Shown here one piece after another: positions 25,035-38,669 of a stretch of 64,000 nucleotides of DNA. How positions within the stretch are numbered: the first letter of the stretch is position 1; each line of letters starts with the position of its first letter. Below the pieces are notes generated by a model that made no database searches, was not told the DNA's origin, and saw only the letters and a list, made by a program, of their open reading frames with translations. Origin of the DNA: Isurus oxyrinchus (Eukaryota); the NCBI GenBank assembly GCA_026770705.1, contig JANJGN010000140.1:1054001-1118000 (forward strand), written 5' to 3'. The translations under genes and the position numbers were made by a program.

Positions 25035-25950
25035 ATCACAGAATCACATAATGCAGAAGAGGCCTTTCAGCACATCGAGTCTGCATGAGTGAGAAACACG
25101 TGACCTACCTACCTAATTCCATTTACCAGCACTTGGCCAATAGCCTTGAATGTTATGATGTGCCAAGTGCTCATCCAGGTACTTTTTAAAGGATGTGAGG
25201 CAACCCACCTCCACCACCCTCCCAGGCAGCGCATTACAGACTGTCACCACCCTCTGGGTAAAAAAGCTTTTCCTCACATCCCCCCCAAACCTCCTGCCCC
25301 TCACCTTGAACTTGTGTCCCCTCATGATTGACCCTTCAACTAAGGGGAACAGCTGCTCCCTATCCACCCTGTCCATGCCCCTCATAATCTTGTATACCTC
25401 GATCAGGTCGTCCCTCAATCTTCTCTGCTCCAATAAAAACAATCCAAGTCTATCCAACCACTCTTCATAACTTAAATGTTTCATCCCAGGCAACATCCTG
25501 GTGAATCTCCTCTGCTCCCCCTCCAGTGCAATCACATCCTTCCTATAATGTGGTGACCAGAACTGCACACAGAACTCCACCTGTGGCCTCACCAACATGA
25601 CCTCCCTACTTTTGTAATCTATGCCTTGATTGATAAAGGCAAGTGTCCCATATGCCTTTTTCACCACGTCACTAACATGCCCCTCCGCCTTCAGAGATCT
25701 ATGGACACACACGCCGAGGTCCCTTTGTTCCTCAGAACTTCCTGGTGTCATGCCATTCATTGAATACTTTCTTATCAAATTACTCCTTCCAAAGTGTATC
25801 ACCTCACACTTTTCAGGGTTAAATTCCATCTGCCACTTAGCTGCCCATTTGACTATCCCGTCTATATCTTCCTGTCGCCCAAGACACTCAACCTCACTGT
25901 TAACCATCTGGCCAATCTTTGTGTCATCCGCAAACTTACGAATCCTACAC
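25035..25950 (-). mobile_element. Young CR1 LINE, 5'-truncated; RT C-terminal ORF still open
   Basis: ORF 25113-25958 KFADDTK...QFWSPHYRKD; same subfamily tail as 13765-15229. Confidence 0.95.
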
Positions 25951-26129
25951 CCGAACAATCTTTATGGCTTGGGTGAAATTTAATATTCTGGCAGTCGGTT
26001 TGCTTTACCTTGTATCCTTTCATCACCAAATGAAGTATATTTCTTCAGGTTACGTTTGAGGTTTTTGAGATGAAACAAACAGTGATTTACTTGTACTTCT
26101 TGCAGCTCAGTTACTGTGGTAACTGCTGA

Positions 26130-26395
26130 CGATCTGGTCTGCTCTACACAGGGAAGATGAAAAACAGATTAGGTGATCACTTTGTGGAACAACCTCTGTT
26201 CAGTTTGTGGGTTGACCCTGAACTTCCCATCACTTGTCATTTTAATTCTCCGCCCCACTCCCACTCTGACCCTCTCTGTCCTTGGCCTCTTGAACTGTTC
26301 CAATGAAGCTCAATGGGAGCTCAAGGAACAGCAGCTCATTCTTCAATTCTGCACTTTACCACCTTCAGAACTCAACATCGAGTTGAGCAGTTTCT
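26130..26395 (+). mobile_element. Penelope-like GIY-YIG C-terminal fragment
   Basis: Degenerate GLLY.G..K.RLGDHF.E.L and LSVLGLLNCSNEAQWELKEQQLI. Confidence 0.65.
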
Positions 26396-26589
26396 GCACC
26401 AACAGAGAGGTATCAGGATCTGGAACTCTACCTGAAAAGGTGCTGGAACCTGATTCTATGTTTGGACTCCACTCACTTGTCCTAGATTCCCCAACCAGTG
26501 GAAATAGTTCCTCTGTCTGCCCTGTCAGCTCCAATTAATATCCCGAAAACTTGAATCAAATCACCTGTTAATCTTCTAAATTTCAGGGA

Positions 26590-27220
26590 TTACAACCCTC
26601 ACAGCGAGGTGATGGAATTTGACAGGAAGGATAGAGAGAGAAAGACAATAGCGGCCTCATGGCACAGGTCGAAACAGTGTACCGAGTCAGAGGGATCTGG
26701 CCCTTTATGTGCAGAGATTTTTTGAGGGTGACAGGATAGATTAAGAGAGCAGTTGGCAAAGTATTTGGAATCTTGGGCTTCTTAAATAGAGCTATTGAGT
26801 ACAAAAGCAAGGAAGTTATGCTGAATCTTTGTTAGGCTCTGATTAGGCCACAACCCGAGTATTTGTGTCCAGTTCTGATCACCACACTTCAGGAAAGATG
26901 TAAAGGTCCTTGAGAAGGTGCAGAGGAGATTTAACCGAATGGTTCTAGCAAAGAGCGGAGGGTAGATTGATAGATAAGCTTTAGATAAGATTGACAAAGA
27001 AAATCTATTCCCATCAGTTGATTGTACAAGGACTAGGAGGCACAGGTTTAAATTTTTGGGTAAGGGATACAGGGGGATGTGAGGGAGAATAGGCACTTGA
27101 CGGAAATAAACTTGCAAGGATGCAGGGATGTCAAGCAGAGGAATAGGTCTCACTGGATTGCTCTGGAGAGCTGGCATGGGCTCAATGGGCCAAATGGCCT
27201 CTGTGCCATAATCACTCTGT
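26590..27220 (+). mobile_element. Degenerate CR1 fragment
   Basis: IEYKSKEVMLNL / CVQF.SPHFRKD remnants and 3' UTR. Confidence 0.75.
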
Positions 27221-27489
27221 GGGTCTTCCCTGCTATCTCATTTTGTAATTAAACCCATGGCGTTCAGTTATCAATCAGGTAAATCTGTGCTACACTCTCT
27301 TCATGACCATTCTATCCTTCCCTAGGTTTGTTGCACAAAACTGAACATATTATCTCTGCCGATGCTGCCAGACCTGCTGAGTTTTTTCAGGTAATTCTGT
27401 TTTTGTTTTGGATTTCCAGCATTCGCAGTTTTTTTTTTGTATTATCTAGGTGTGGGCTAACCAGGGTTTCTGCATCTTGGTGCCTTTCT

Positions 27490-27800
27490 ACAGACAGAAC
27501 AGACAAACCTCTTTCACTCCACATTCAGATGCTGATGATATTCAGGTTCTGATGAATTGCGTGACTGTCACATCTGGATGTGACGTTTGGTTTGAGTTTC
27601 CCGTCTGTCAAACCTCCATTTCTAATAACCCTGTAAAATAAATTTGCAAAGACTTTTATTGTCAGTCCAGTATAGAAATTTAGAAGAGACAAACATTACT
27701 CTTGGTTTGAGTTTGCTGTGTCTAAATCGTCCCCTTCTAACCCCCTGTAAAAGGAGCTTTCAAAATCCATCCCGGTCAGTTCAAGATAGGAATTCACAAC
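27490..27800 (-). pseudogene. 5' exon/leader relics of a zinc-finger gene
   Basis: TTTTACAG acceptors followed by ...AAACTCAAACCAAACGTCACATCCAGATG..., homologous to 24060-24240 (minus) and to 18520-18625 and 19008-19090 (plus). Confidence 0.65.
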
Positions 27801-27809
27801 ATCCTCTCC

Positions 27810-28170
27810 TCCTGCTGACAGGGATGACCGCGCATGCGCCATACTGCACCTCGCCCCTGGTAAAGATGGCGGCCTGTGATCCAGAGCATGCGAACAGCTG
27901 TCGTCCCGTCCCGCGCAAATGCAGAATCGGTAGCTTCGTAGTAGAGGGTTTGAGGCCTCCACCAGGTGTTTATGAATCCTCCCCGCCCACTCCGATGGTT
28001 CTAATCCTCTCCACCCACCCAGTGGCTCCATTATTCAACCGCACTCGATTGTTTGTCCCCTTCGCCGAACTCCAGGCACAACTCGCACTGCGCATGGACT
28101 AGTCAGGGACTGCATTGCGCATGCTCAACTTCCAGCTCGGTAGTACGCCTGCGCAGCAAGCTCCCTTTCG
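27810..28170 (-). promoter_or_regulatory. CpG-rich promoter of the minus-strand ZNF unit
   Basis: GCGCATGCGC 27830-27839, YY1-type AAGATGGCGGC 27863-27873, further TGCGCATG motifs at ~28090-28155; inverted homolog of 17700-17790. Confidence 0.7.
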
Positions 28171-29279
28171 CCTGGAAAGGACACATTCTTCCCCACTGAG
28201 AATGCTGGGTAAACATCCAGCCATCCAGAGTCGAAATTGTTGAATCGAAACACTAAGCAGAAGTGTTGTGTTTGTAAAAAGGGAAACATCGTTTATATTT
28301 AAGGTCTATGACCTTTCCTTAGAACTGCATTGCATCATTACACAGACGTTGAGTCTGTTTCTCATTCCCCAGATACTGCCAGATATGCTGAGTATTTCCA
28401 GCATTTTCTGTTTTTATCTCTGGTTAAGGAAGTTTCTCTTGAACTGCGCATTAGATTCATTACTAAGTTGTATTTATTTTCGTCCTTGCACAAGTGGGAA
28501 CATCTTCTAGCTGTCTAACCTGTAAAAACACTTATGCGATTTAAATTCCCTGATCAAGTCACTCCTCACTCACGTTTCCACAATAAACATCTCCAGCCTG
28601 TTCACTATTTCTTGACAGGTATTACCTGTAAGCTATAGCATTCGTCCAATAAATCTTTCGTGCATTGCCTCCATCGCTCACTTCTTGCATCGCTTCTAAA
28701 TGCATGTTATAATATGGAGACCTCAGCTTATCTGAGCAACGAGCTCACCACTGTCCACAAATCACTGCATGTTTCACTATTTTATTAATTTTCCGCCTTA
28801 GCTAAATATGAGATGGGATGGAATAAGCAGATCCAATGAGCTAGTCTGTAACACTACGGAGCACCTACAAAGTTACCTTACAGTGAAACAGTGGGCTGTT
28901 TATCCATCAATAATGACATGAAGAACAGCTGTCTGAGAATGGCAGGATTTCAGTGTGGTGACACGAGGCCAGGTTAAGTTGTTAATATTATTGTCGAGCA
29001 ATGATATGGAGCAGTTGCAATTTATGTACACTCCTTCTTTACATTTTCCAGATGAAAATGTATTGAATCTATCACTCTTGGTCTTAAGTATATTCAAATA
29101 CAAATCCATTACTTTTTGCATATTAAGTAATTCAATGGATGTGGGGATAGGGTGAGAAAGTGAAGTTGAGCTGCAAGATCGTTTAATGGTGGAGCAGGTT
29201 CAGATAGCTGTATGGTCTCCCTCTGCTCCTATTTGTTGCGTTCTTATGAACATCACAGTGCAAGCACAACCGATGCAGT

Positions 29280-29910
29280 ACTCACCCTTTCACCTCCTCC
29301 CTTCCCACATTCCAGGGCCCCAAACACACTTTCTAGGTGACACAGTGAATGCTACTCTTTGCTATTCATTATTGTGGTTTCACTGGGCACAATGCGGTCT
29401 CCTCTGCACTGAGGAGACTCAAGCCAGCTTGGGCAATTGTTTTGTGAAATATTACCATTGAGTGTTCAAGCGTGTTCATTCTCTGACCTCTCTGTCCTTG
29501 GCCTCCTGCACTGTTCCAATGAAGCTCAATGGAAGCTTGAGGAACAGCATTTTTGATTAGGCACTTTACAACCTTATGGACTCAGTGGTCACTTCAACAA
29601 TTTCAGATCATAACCACGCTCCAATTTTTTCGGACAGTAGGTGCTGGTAATAGTTCTGCTGTTACCATATGAACCCACTCTGGACGTGTTTTTTGTTTCT
29701 TCTTTTGCCCCATTAGTTTATTTACTTGTCTCATTATCACACACTTTTGTCTTGAATCACTTTGTCATTTAATCTCTCCAGATGTTCTTCCCTCCTCTCC
29801 CCCTCTCTTTCTCCTAACTCTGTACTTGCTGCTAAACTATTGAATCTCTAAATTTTTCCAGTTTGGATAAAATGTCAATGAGCTGAAACATTCACCTTGT
29901 TTCCCTTTCC
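29280..29910 (+). mobile_element. Penelope-like GIY-YIG fragment with 3' flank
   Basis: Nucleotide homology to 38730-39500 (ggccccaaacacactttc...caatgcggtctcctct...gaagctcaa). Confidence 0.65.
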
Positions 29911-30039
29911 ACTGTGAATGCTTCAGGTCCGTGAACTATCAAATGAAATAGAAAAAGAAAGCTATAATAAATTTCAAGAAAGTACACAGACAGGGAAAGG
30001 AGGAGAGGGAAAGAACATTGCGAACATACAAACAGAGAA

Positions 30040-31290
30040 ACATACAAATTAGGAACAGGAGTAGGTTACTCAGCCCCTCAAGCCTGTTCAGCCATTCAAT
30101 AAGATCATGGATAATCTGATTGTAACCTCAATCCTGCCTACCCCCGATAAACTTTCATCCCCTTGCTAATCAAGAACCTATCTACCTCTGTTTAAAAAAC
30201 ATGTTCAAAGACTCTACTTCCATCGCTTTTTCGGGAAAAGATGATACAAAGACTCATGGCCCTCTGAAAGAAAAACAAACTTGTCATCTCTATCTTAAGT
30301 GAGTGACCCTTATTTTCAAACAGTGACCCCTAATTCAAAATTCTCCCACAAAAGGAAACATCCCTTTCGCATTCAGCTTCTCAAGGGTCCTCAGGATATT
30401 ATATGTTTCAATAAAGTCGCATCTTACTCTTCTAAACCCCAGCAGATATAAGCTTAGCCTGTCCACCCTTCCCTCAGAAGACAATGTGCCCATCCCAGCT
30501 ATTAGCCTAGTAAACCTTTTCCGAACTGATTCCAACGCATTTACATCATTTCTTAAATAAGGGGAACAGTACTGTACACAGTACTCTATGTATGGTCTCA
30601 CCACTGCCCTGTAAACTGAAGCATAGCCTCCCAATGTTTATGTTCAGTTCCCCTCACAATGAACGATAACATTCTATTAGCTTTCCTAATTACTTGCTGT
30701 ACCTTTTGTGATTCATGCACTCAGACACCACGACGCATCTGCATCTCGGAGCTCTCTCACCATTTTAGGTAATAAGCTGCCTTTTTATTCCTCCTGCCAA
30801 AATTTGACAATTCCACATTTGTCCACATTATGCTCCATTTGCCAGATATTTGCTCACTCACGTAACCTGTCTATATCCTTTTCAGCCTCCTTATGTCCTC
30901 TTCACACCTCACTTTCCTACTTTTCTTTGTGTCATCAGCAAATTTTACAACCATTATTCGGTCCCTTCATTCAAGTCATTTATATAAATTGTAAAAAATT
31001 GAGGCCCGGCTCTGATTCCTGAGGCACACCACTCATTACATCTTGCCAACCAGAAAATGACCGATTAATGCAATCATCTATCCATGTCAATATGTTATCC
31101 CCTCCACCATGAGCTTTTATTTTCAACAATAACCTTTGATGTGGCACCTTATCAAATGCCTTCTGGAAATCTCAGTACAGTACATCCACGGGTTCCCCTT
31201 TATCCACAGCACATGTGACTTCTTCAAAGAACTCCAATAACTTGGTTAAACATGATTCCACTTTCCGAAAATCATGGTGACCTTGACAGA
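30040..31290 (-). mobile_element. CR1 RT fragment
   Basis: SCLTKLLEFFEEVT...VDVLY and VRPYIEYCVQYCSPYLR peptides. Confidence 0.9.
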
Positions 31291-32165
31291 TGTCAAGGTA
31301 AACGTTAGAATTTATTATTAAAGACGTTAATAGCAGGAGAGAGTGTGATTGGGTGGAAGGCAGAAGAGAATAAATAACATCAGGGATGAGGATACCAGGC
31401 AAAAGCAACGCGAATGGAATGGAATGGTATTTGGACTAGTGAAGAAACTAAAGGTGGGAGAACCATTCTGTTTCTGTCACCGATTTCGGCTCTGATTGGA
31501 AATGTGTTGTTTCATTGTTGATCCATTTCTCTTCTGCTCCACGTTGGAAACTGAATCCTTCTCCTCCATTGCCTTATGGAAGTATTTAATTGAGCAAATA
31601 CACAACTGGCAAAGGGGGAAAAAAATCATCAATTGAAGCATTGAAACAATGAAACAGAAATATTTATGATCCAGAACGAGACCATTCGATCCATCATGTC
31701 CATGTCAGTACAATAGGAGCAATCCAGCCTTATCCCATGTTTTAGCTCTTGCTCCATAGCCTTGTAGGTTACAGCACCACAAATGCTTTTCCATGTGTTA
31801 GTTCCTTTACTTCAATGGTGGTTTCTGCCTCTTTGATCAGCTCAGGCAGTGAGGTCCTGACCCCCACCACCTCCTGTGTGAAATAAATTACTCTACAGCT
31901 TTTCTCTAATCCTTCCACCAGATACGTTAAATTGAATTGTTTCATCTTCCATGGGTCAGCTGGTACCACTCTTGCCTCTAATTTAGAAAATTGTGAACTC
32001 AAACACCATTGCCAGACTGGAGCACAACAGCCTAGGCTGAGATTCCAGTGCAATACGGAAGGAGTCCCGCACTTTCGAGTGTAATATGCCTTTTTGACGA
32101 GATGTTAAACTGAGGCTTCGTCTGCCCTTGGATGTACAAGATCCCAAATCACAATTTTGACAAAG

Positions 32166-32826
32166 AACAGGTGGTTAAGAAGGCATATGGAAAACTTGCC
32201 TTTATTAGCCGAGGCATAGCATATAAGAGCAGGGAGGTTATGCTGGAACTGTATAAAACGCTGTTCAGGCCACAGCTAGAGTATTGCGTGCAGTTCTGGA
32301 ATCTGCATTATAGGAAGGATGTGATTGCACTAGAGAGAGTGTAGAGAAGATTTACCAGGATGTTGCCTGGGCTGGGGAATTTTAGTTATGTGGAGAGATT
32401 GGATAGACTGGGGTTATTTTCCCTGGAGCAGAGAAGATTGAGGGGGGCAAGATTGAGTTGTAAAAAATTATGAGGGGCATAGATAGGGTAGGCAGGAAGG
32501 AAGTATTCCCCTTGTTGGAGGGATCAATAACCAGGGGGCATAGATTTAAGGTAAGGGGCAGGAGGTTTACAGGGGATGTGAGGAAGAATTTTTTCACTCA
32601 GAGGGTGGTGGGAACATGGAACTCACTGCCTGAAAGGGTGGTAGAGGCAGAAACCCTTATAACATTTAAGAAGTATTTGGACGTGCACTTGTGATGCCAT
32701 GGCATACAAGGCTCTGGGTCTAGTGCTGAGAAATGGGATTAGAATAGTTAGGTACTTGTTTGACTGGCGCAGACTCGATGGGCCGAAGGGCCTTTTTCTG
32801 TGCTGCAGACCTCTATGACTATGACT
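32166..32826 (+). mobile_element. CR1 3' fragment with (CTATGA)n tail, inserted into a SINE
   Basis: VVKKAYGKLAFISRGI...QFWNLHYRKD. Confidence 0.9.
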
Positions 32827-34159
32827 CGGTAACAGGGTATCTTGTCTTGTCCAATATTTATCTCTCAATCAACACTACAGCAACAGATTATCTGGTAATC
32901 AATGCACTGCTGTTTGTGGGAGTTTGCTTCATTTCATACATTACAACAGTGAATACACTTCAAAAGTACGTAATTGTCTCTAAAACCCTTTGGGATTCCG
33001 GTGGTGGTGAAAGGCACTTTACAAATATGAGGATTTGTTTCTTTCTTAATCCATGCCCCTGGTTATTGATTGCTTTGCTCACGGAAATAGGTCCTTTCTA
33101 TCTTCTCCATCTTGATCCTTATAATTTTATCCTCCTCAATTAAATCTCCTTCACTTCCTCTGTTCAGAGAAAACAGACCCATCCTATCCAATCTTTCCTC
33201 CTCGCTCATTTTGTTGTGAATAAGATTCAGCAGGAGTTTCCCAATACTTTCCCCTAACCATATAAATCTGCTCTTTCTCAGCTGTATTGTGTTTGAACTG
33301 CACCCACTTCTCTCAGCTCCCCACTAATTGCCTTTTCTAACCCTTTGACTCTGAGCAGTTTTGCTGGTGCAGCGGTTTGACTGGAAAGTGCCCCTTCAAT
33401 TATCATCATTCATTGTACACTAGGCCACATGTCTGCCATGCTTCCAGTGAAGATGGGGGCAGTTTTAACTCATAAACCAGCAATCGTGATATGAATAATG
33501 GATTACTGGAGAATGACTTACTTTGAGTCGTGTGATACCTTGGAGGAATGGCTCAAACCGAGGACGTTTCAAGGTCTCAAACTCCATCGACTGAGCTAGC
33601 GGGACATGTGGTGATGACATGTACATATCCCTTATCACAGCAAAATAACTGTCTGACTGCAATGGGAGAGAAGGAAATTGACCACCAGAAGCCCAAGGGT
33701 CCAATGCTTTCCCATCAATCATCAATAACATCATTCACAGTTTCTGCTTCTCAGCTGCACCTACTTCCAAACATTGTGATCCATTTCCTCAGGATTTGTT
33801 CCTGGATTTAATATTTGCCTGCTTTGTGACCTCATTCTGAAATCAGCTTCGCTTCAATCTCCAACACAAATTGAGTTGCAAACCTGATGGACAAACAATG
33901 GAAAACTAGTCAGTCGGTAACACAAATCCCATGGTTCTCATTTTCAGATCCACCACAGTCAGTTCTGGGAAAAGCACCTTATAATCTTATAAAAGATTAA
34001 TATTTGCCATGAAAGTTTCAGAGGAGCTGCATTGATTCTGCTGGTGCGTTTGGAAATTGGAAGTTGTACATCCGCAGCTTGTGGCACTATTTCCCCTCAC
34101 TGTTCACTTCATGTTCATATCGAACACACTCCATGTTGTTATTGGCTGAACAAGTCTTC

Positions 34160-34231
34160 TGTGTTTTAACTAAATAGGCTGTTATTCGGCGCTCCCGCTC
34201 CTGCCGGCCGGGTTTGGCCCTCATCAGGGAA
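34160..34231 (+). pseudogene. tRNA-Glu-like relic (highly decayed)
   Basis: ATTCGGCGCTC...GGCCGGGTTTG...TCAGGGAA follows the 3' two-thirds of vertebrate tRNA-Glu. Confidence 0.5.
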
Positions 34232-34786
34232 TGTCGTTTTCTTGTTGCTGTGTGAAGTGTCACAATGAACTGATCCTGGAGTCTCTTTCCCCCGGGATCT
34301 ACAAAACCCGTCATTTCTCTTCTTCTTTCATTCTCACTCGTTCATTCCCAGTTTGAGTCGGTTCTCATTTCGGCCCCTTCAATAAATCCATTTGGACGGA
34401 CAAGTGGCAGCTGAATTTGATGGGAGGAAGTGTGAAGTGATTCGTTTAGGTCGGAGAGGAGAGGAAACAGAAAATAAAGTCTGCAATTTTAAAGGGGCTT
34501 CTGTATTGCCCAGCATGTGGTTCGAATCAGGAATGAATCAATTCGGTTCAGCTCCACGAGGGGGTGGACACAGTTACCATCGCAAACTTCATTCACATTA
34601 ATTGTGTAGCTCCATATTAAAAAGGTTCAGAGAGAAAAAGCAGGTTGGAAAGATACAAGAATAGATTGTTTCTTTCTGTATGTTTTTTTCAGTGGAGTCT
34701 CTTCCGTTACCGAGTCCCCATATGCTACAAAGTGGAGGATGATTGAAATTTTCTGTTAAGGCAATGACAATTTCAGAATTGATCGT

Positions 34787-34868
34787 GGTGGCGAAGCCGA
34801 GCGGCTGAAGGCGCTGGATTTAAGCTCCAGTTTCTATGGAGGCGCGGGGTTTGAGAGAGTTTCAGACA
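34787..34868 (+). pseudogene. tRNA-Leu pseudogene (TAG/AAG-family body, loop reads TAA, 3' end lost)
   Basis: GGTGGCGAAGCCGAGCGGCTGAAGGCGCTGGATTTAAGCTCCAGTTTCTATGGAGGCGCGGG aligns with vertebrate tRNA-Leu; T-arm and acceptor 3' strand destroyed. Confidence 0.75.
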
Positions 34869-35065
34869 GTTCATATTTTCAGTCAATTTAGCCAAATCCT
34901 TCAGTGTGTGCTCGGGACAAGTGCAGTGCTCCATTCTGGAGGAAAGATTGAAAAGAGGCAGGAGGAATTGCAGGGCAGCCAGGAATAGGTGGGGCCACGT
35001 CGTCATTCTCTGCTATAGCCATTCTCTGATTTTGTACACAGAACATTAAGAGGCACATGGCGCCT

Positions 35066-35148
35066 GAGTACAGAGCTGAGTTGCTCAAGAAATGGCTTGG
35101 AAATCGTTTGGATTTTCCTGATGTAGGTTCAAATCCTACCAAACTACA
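35066..35148 (+). pseudogene. tRNA-Ser pseudogene
   Basis: GAAATC..TTGG variable arm and GTAGGTTCAAATCCTACCAAACTAC match the tRNA-Ser (AGA/TGA family) 3' half; stems mismatched. Confidence 0.65.
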
Positions 35149-35179
35149 TTTCTCACTGTTCCTATTTTAGGAATGAGTT

Positions 35180-36800
35180 CACAGAATCACACAGTGCAGA
35201 AGAGGACCTTCGGCCCATCGAGTCTGTTCCGACATGTGAGAAACATGTACCTACCTACCTAATCCCATTTATCAGCACTTGGCCCATAGCCTTAAATGTT
35301 ATGAATGTTATGAAGAGCCAACTGCTCATCCAGGTACTTTTTAAAGGATGTGAGGGAACCCACCTTCTCCATCCTCCCAGGCAGTGCATTCCAGACCGTC
35401 ACCACCAAAGTTTTTCCTCACATCCCCCCTAAAACTCCTGACCCTCACCTTGAACTTATGCCCCCTTGTGACTGACATTTCAACTGAGGGGAACAGCTGC
35501 TCCCTATCCATCCTGTCCATGCCCCTCATAATCTTGTACACCTCAATCAGGTCACCCCTCAGTCTTCTCTGCTCCAATGAAAACAACCCAAGTCTATCCA
35601 ACTTCTCTTCATAACTTAAATGTTTCATCCCACGCAACATCCTGGTGAATCTCGTCTGCACCCCCTCCAGTGCAATCACATTCTTCCTATAATGTGGCGA
35701 CTAGAACTGCACACAGTACTCCAGCTGTGGCCTCACAAAGGTGCTATACAATTCCAACATGACCTCACTATTTTTGTAATCTATGCATCGATTGATAAAG
35801 GCAAGTGTCCCATATGGCTTTTTCACCACCCCACTAATGTGCCCCTCCACCTTCAGAGATCTATGGACACCCACGCCAAGATCCCTTTGTTCCTCAGAAC
35901 TTCCTAGTGCCATGCCGTTCACTGAATACTTCTTTGTCAAATTACTCATTGCAAAGTGTATCACCTCACACTTTTCAGGGTTAAATTCCATGTTCCACTT
36001 ATTTGCCCATTTGACCATCCCATCTATATCTTCCGGTAGCTCAAGACACTCAACCTCACTCTTAACCATCATCCGCAAACTTATTAATCCTCCCCCTCCC
36101 CCCCCCACATAGTCATTTATGTTATTTATATAAATGATAAATAATTGGGGGACGGAGCACAGATCCCTGTGGTATTCCACTGGAAACTGGCTTCCAGTCA
36201 CAAAAGCATCCTTCTGTCATCACCCTCTGTCTCCTTCAGCTAAGCCAATTTTGAATCCACCTTATCAAATTACCCTGTATCTCATGTGCATTTGCCTTCT
36301 TTCTAAGTCTCCCATGTGGGGCCTTGTCAAAGGCTTTGCTGAAATCCATATAATCTACATTAACTGAACTCCCCTCATCTACACACCTGGTCACCTCCTC
36401 AAAAAATTCAATCAAATTTGTTAGGCATGATCTCCCTCTGACAAAGCCATGCTGACTATCCCTGATCAAACCTTGCCTCTCCAACTGGAGATAGATACTC
36501 TCCTTCAGAATATTCTCCAATAGTTTCCTTAGTACTGATGTGAGACTCACGGGCCTGTGGTTACCTGGCTTATCCCTACAATCCTTCTTAAATAGCGGAA
36601 GTACATTAGCTGTTCTCCAGTCCTCTGGCACCTCCCCCGTGGCCAGGGAGGAATTAAAAATTTGGGCCAGAGGCCCTGTGATCTCCTCCCTTGCCTCCCT
36701 CAGCAGTCTGGGACACAAAGCACCCGGACCTGGAGATATGTTCACTTTTAAGCCTGCCAGTACCTCCAATACCTTGTCACTCCCTATATCAATTTGCTTA
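35180..36800 (-). mobile_element. Young CR1 LINE, 5'-truncated
   Basis: SPGPG.LCPRLLRE, VPEDWRTANV, QHGFVRGRSCLTNL, DFSKAFDK; frameshifts; same subfamily as 13765 and 25035 copies. Confidence 0.95.
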
Positions 36801-37170
36801 AGTTGCAAAATTAATTATCTATGAAATTGACTAAAGAATCTTTCAAATGATCCCGTGTGTTTTTCATTTCCGTTCATCCGTAGGCATTCGCCAAACTTGC
36901 AGTTGCAAATGGAACAAAAATGGAGCCAATTTGGCCACATCCTTGATTTTTGAATGTTTGTCTCTCCTTCGGCCTCTGTCACTATTGGTGTCTATGTCTG
37001 TGTGTGTTCCTCGCCGTGTGTCAGTGTGGTTCAGTTCCCTGAGTGGGTAAACGCATTTTTACTATTGCAAACGTTATTCACTTTCGTTATGTATCTTCAT
37101 GGCAAATGGTACAGAGAAAAACAGCTGGCTTAAAAGTTGCACGATGGGATTGACCTCTTTGTACATATTA

Positions 37171-37248
37171 GACCCATTGGCAAAGCCCTTTGGTTAAAAT
37201 ACTGATCTCGGAAACCAGGTGCTGTGAGTTCGGTCCTTGCTGGTGCCT
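37171..37248 (+). pseudogene. tRNA-Thr pseudogene
   Basis: TGGTTAAAATACTGATCTCGGAAACCAGG...GAGTTCGGTCCTTGCTGGTGCCT follows tRNA-Thr (TGT/CGT family). Confidence 0.65.
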
Positions 37249-37284
37249 GTAGTTAAAGTTTAGCTGATGAAAGCTGTGGAAATG

Positions 37285-38085
37285 TAAGCTGTGGGAAGAT
37301 ACAGGGGAGTATATAGACTGCAAAGAGATTTAGGACAGATCAGAGCAACAAGGATGGAAAATGGAGTATAGGTTCGGGATGTGCGAAGCGCTTCAGAAGG
37401 TCTGAAAGAAATTTTTCAATAGCTGATCTACTAGGTACAGCAAGTAATTAGGAAAGCTAATAGAATGTTATAATTTAATGTGAGGGAAATGTGAGGTAAG
37501 AAGACTATGCTTCAGTAGTACAGCATTCTGGTAAGACTATATCTGGAGTATTGTGTAGATGATTGGCCTCCTTATTTAAGGAAAGGTGTAAATGTGTTAG
37601 AAGTAGTTCAGAGAAGTTTTACTGGACTAATACCAAGAATGATCAGGTTGTCTTATGAGGAAAGGCTGGACAGGCTAGGCTTGTATCCGCTGGAGTTTAG
37701 AAGACTAAGAGGCAACTTGACCGAAATCTTTCAGATCCTGAGGGGCCTTGACAGGGTGAATGTGGAGAGGATGTTTCCTCTTGTGGGATAATATAGAACT
37801 AGAGGTTACTGGTTAAAAATAAGGAATCGTTTATTTAAGACAGAGATGAGAGAATTTTTTTTCTCTCAGAGGTTCGTGAGCCTTTGGAACTATCTTCCTC
37901 AAAAGGCAGTGGAAGCAGAGTCTTCGAATGTTTTGAAGGCAGAACTAGATAGATAATTGATCAACAAGGGGGTGAAAAGTTATTGGGGGGTCGGTGGGTG
38001 GTTACAATCAGATCAGGCATGAACTTATTGAAGCGAGGAAAGCAGGCTTGAATGGCTCAGTGGCCTGCTCCTGCTCCTTGATCAT
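37285..38085 (+). mobile_element. Degenerate CR1 3' fragment
   Basis: LSYEERLDRLGLYPLEFRRLRG peptide. Confidence 0.85.
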
Positions 38086-38548
38086 ATCGTCACACGTACT
38101 TTGAATCCAGGCTGCTTTCAGTGCCCATATGCCACAAAGTCAAGGAAGATTGAAATTTTCACTGAGGAACATGTAAACAGGCAGTGGATTCACTCAGTGC
38201 GATGGTATGTTCCAGTTCTTTTTGTGCAATTATAGAATCAATTTTTATTTGCTGCTTTGAATCCAATATTTCTAATGGGTTGGATGTTACGCATATGTTT
38301 GATCTAATTTATCTTATTTTCTTTGAAATAAATATTCGTAAAACTATTTGTCTGGAAAGATAGTTGGGATAACAGCAGGACTGGCAAAGTTTGGACAATG
38401 TTTTCTTGTAGCCAAAGGAAACAACGCAGAACTATGTCAGTAATATAAGTAGAAGCAGGAATAGAGAGAATCTACTGGCCCCAGATGGTATAAAACCATT
38501 AATGTTGGTGTTGACAGCTGCATTCGCGAAACAAGATGTTACACAACT

Positions 38549-38608
38549 ACCCTGGTGACCTAATGGTTAGGATTCGGTGCTCGCATCACCCAGGTTTGAT
38601 CCCCGGTC
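38549..38608 (+). pseudogene. tRNA-Glu pseudogene (internal deletion, truncated)
   Basis: CCCTGGTGACCTAATGGTTAGGATTCGGTGCTC...GGTTTGATCCCCGGTC. Confidence 0.75.
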
Positions 38609-38669
38609 TCACTGTTCTGTAACAATATCACAACCAGAAATCAATTACTGATTTGAAAAAGTCTATCAC

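Noticed and set aside
34505-34535. GGTTCGAATC B-box as another tRNA
   Set aside because: No A-box or cloverleaf around it; isotype cannot be assigned
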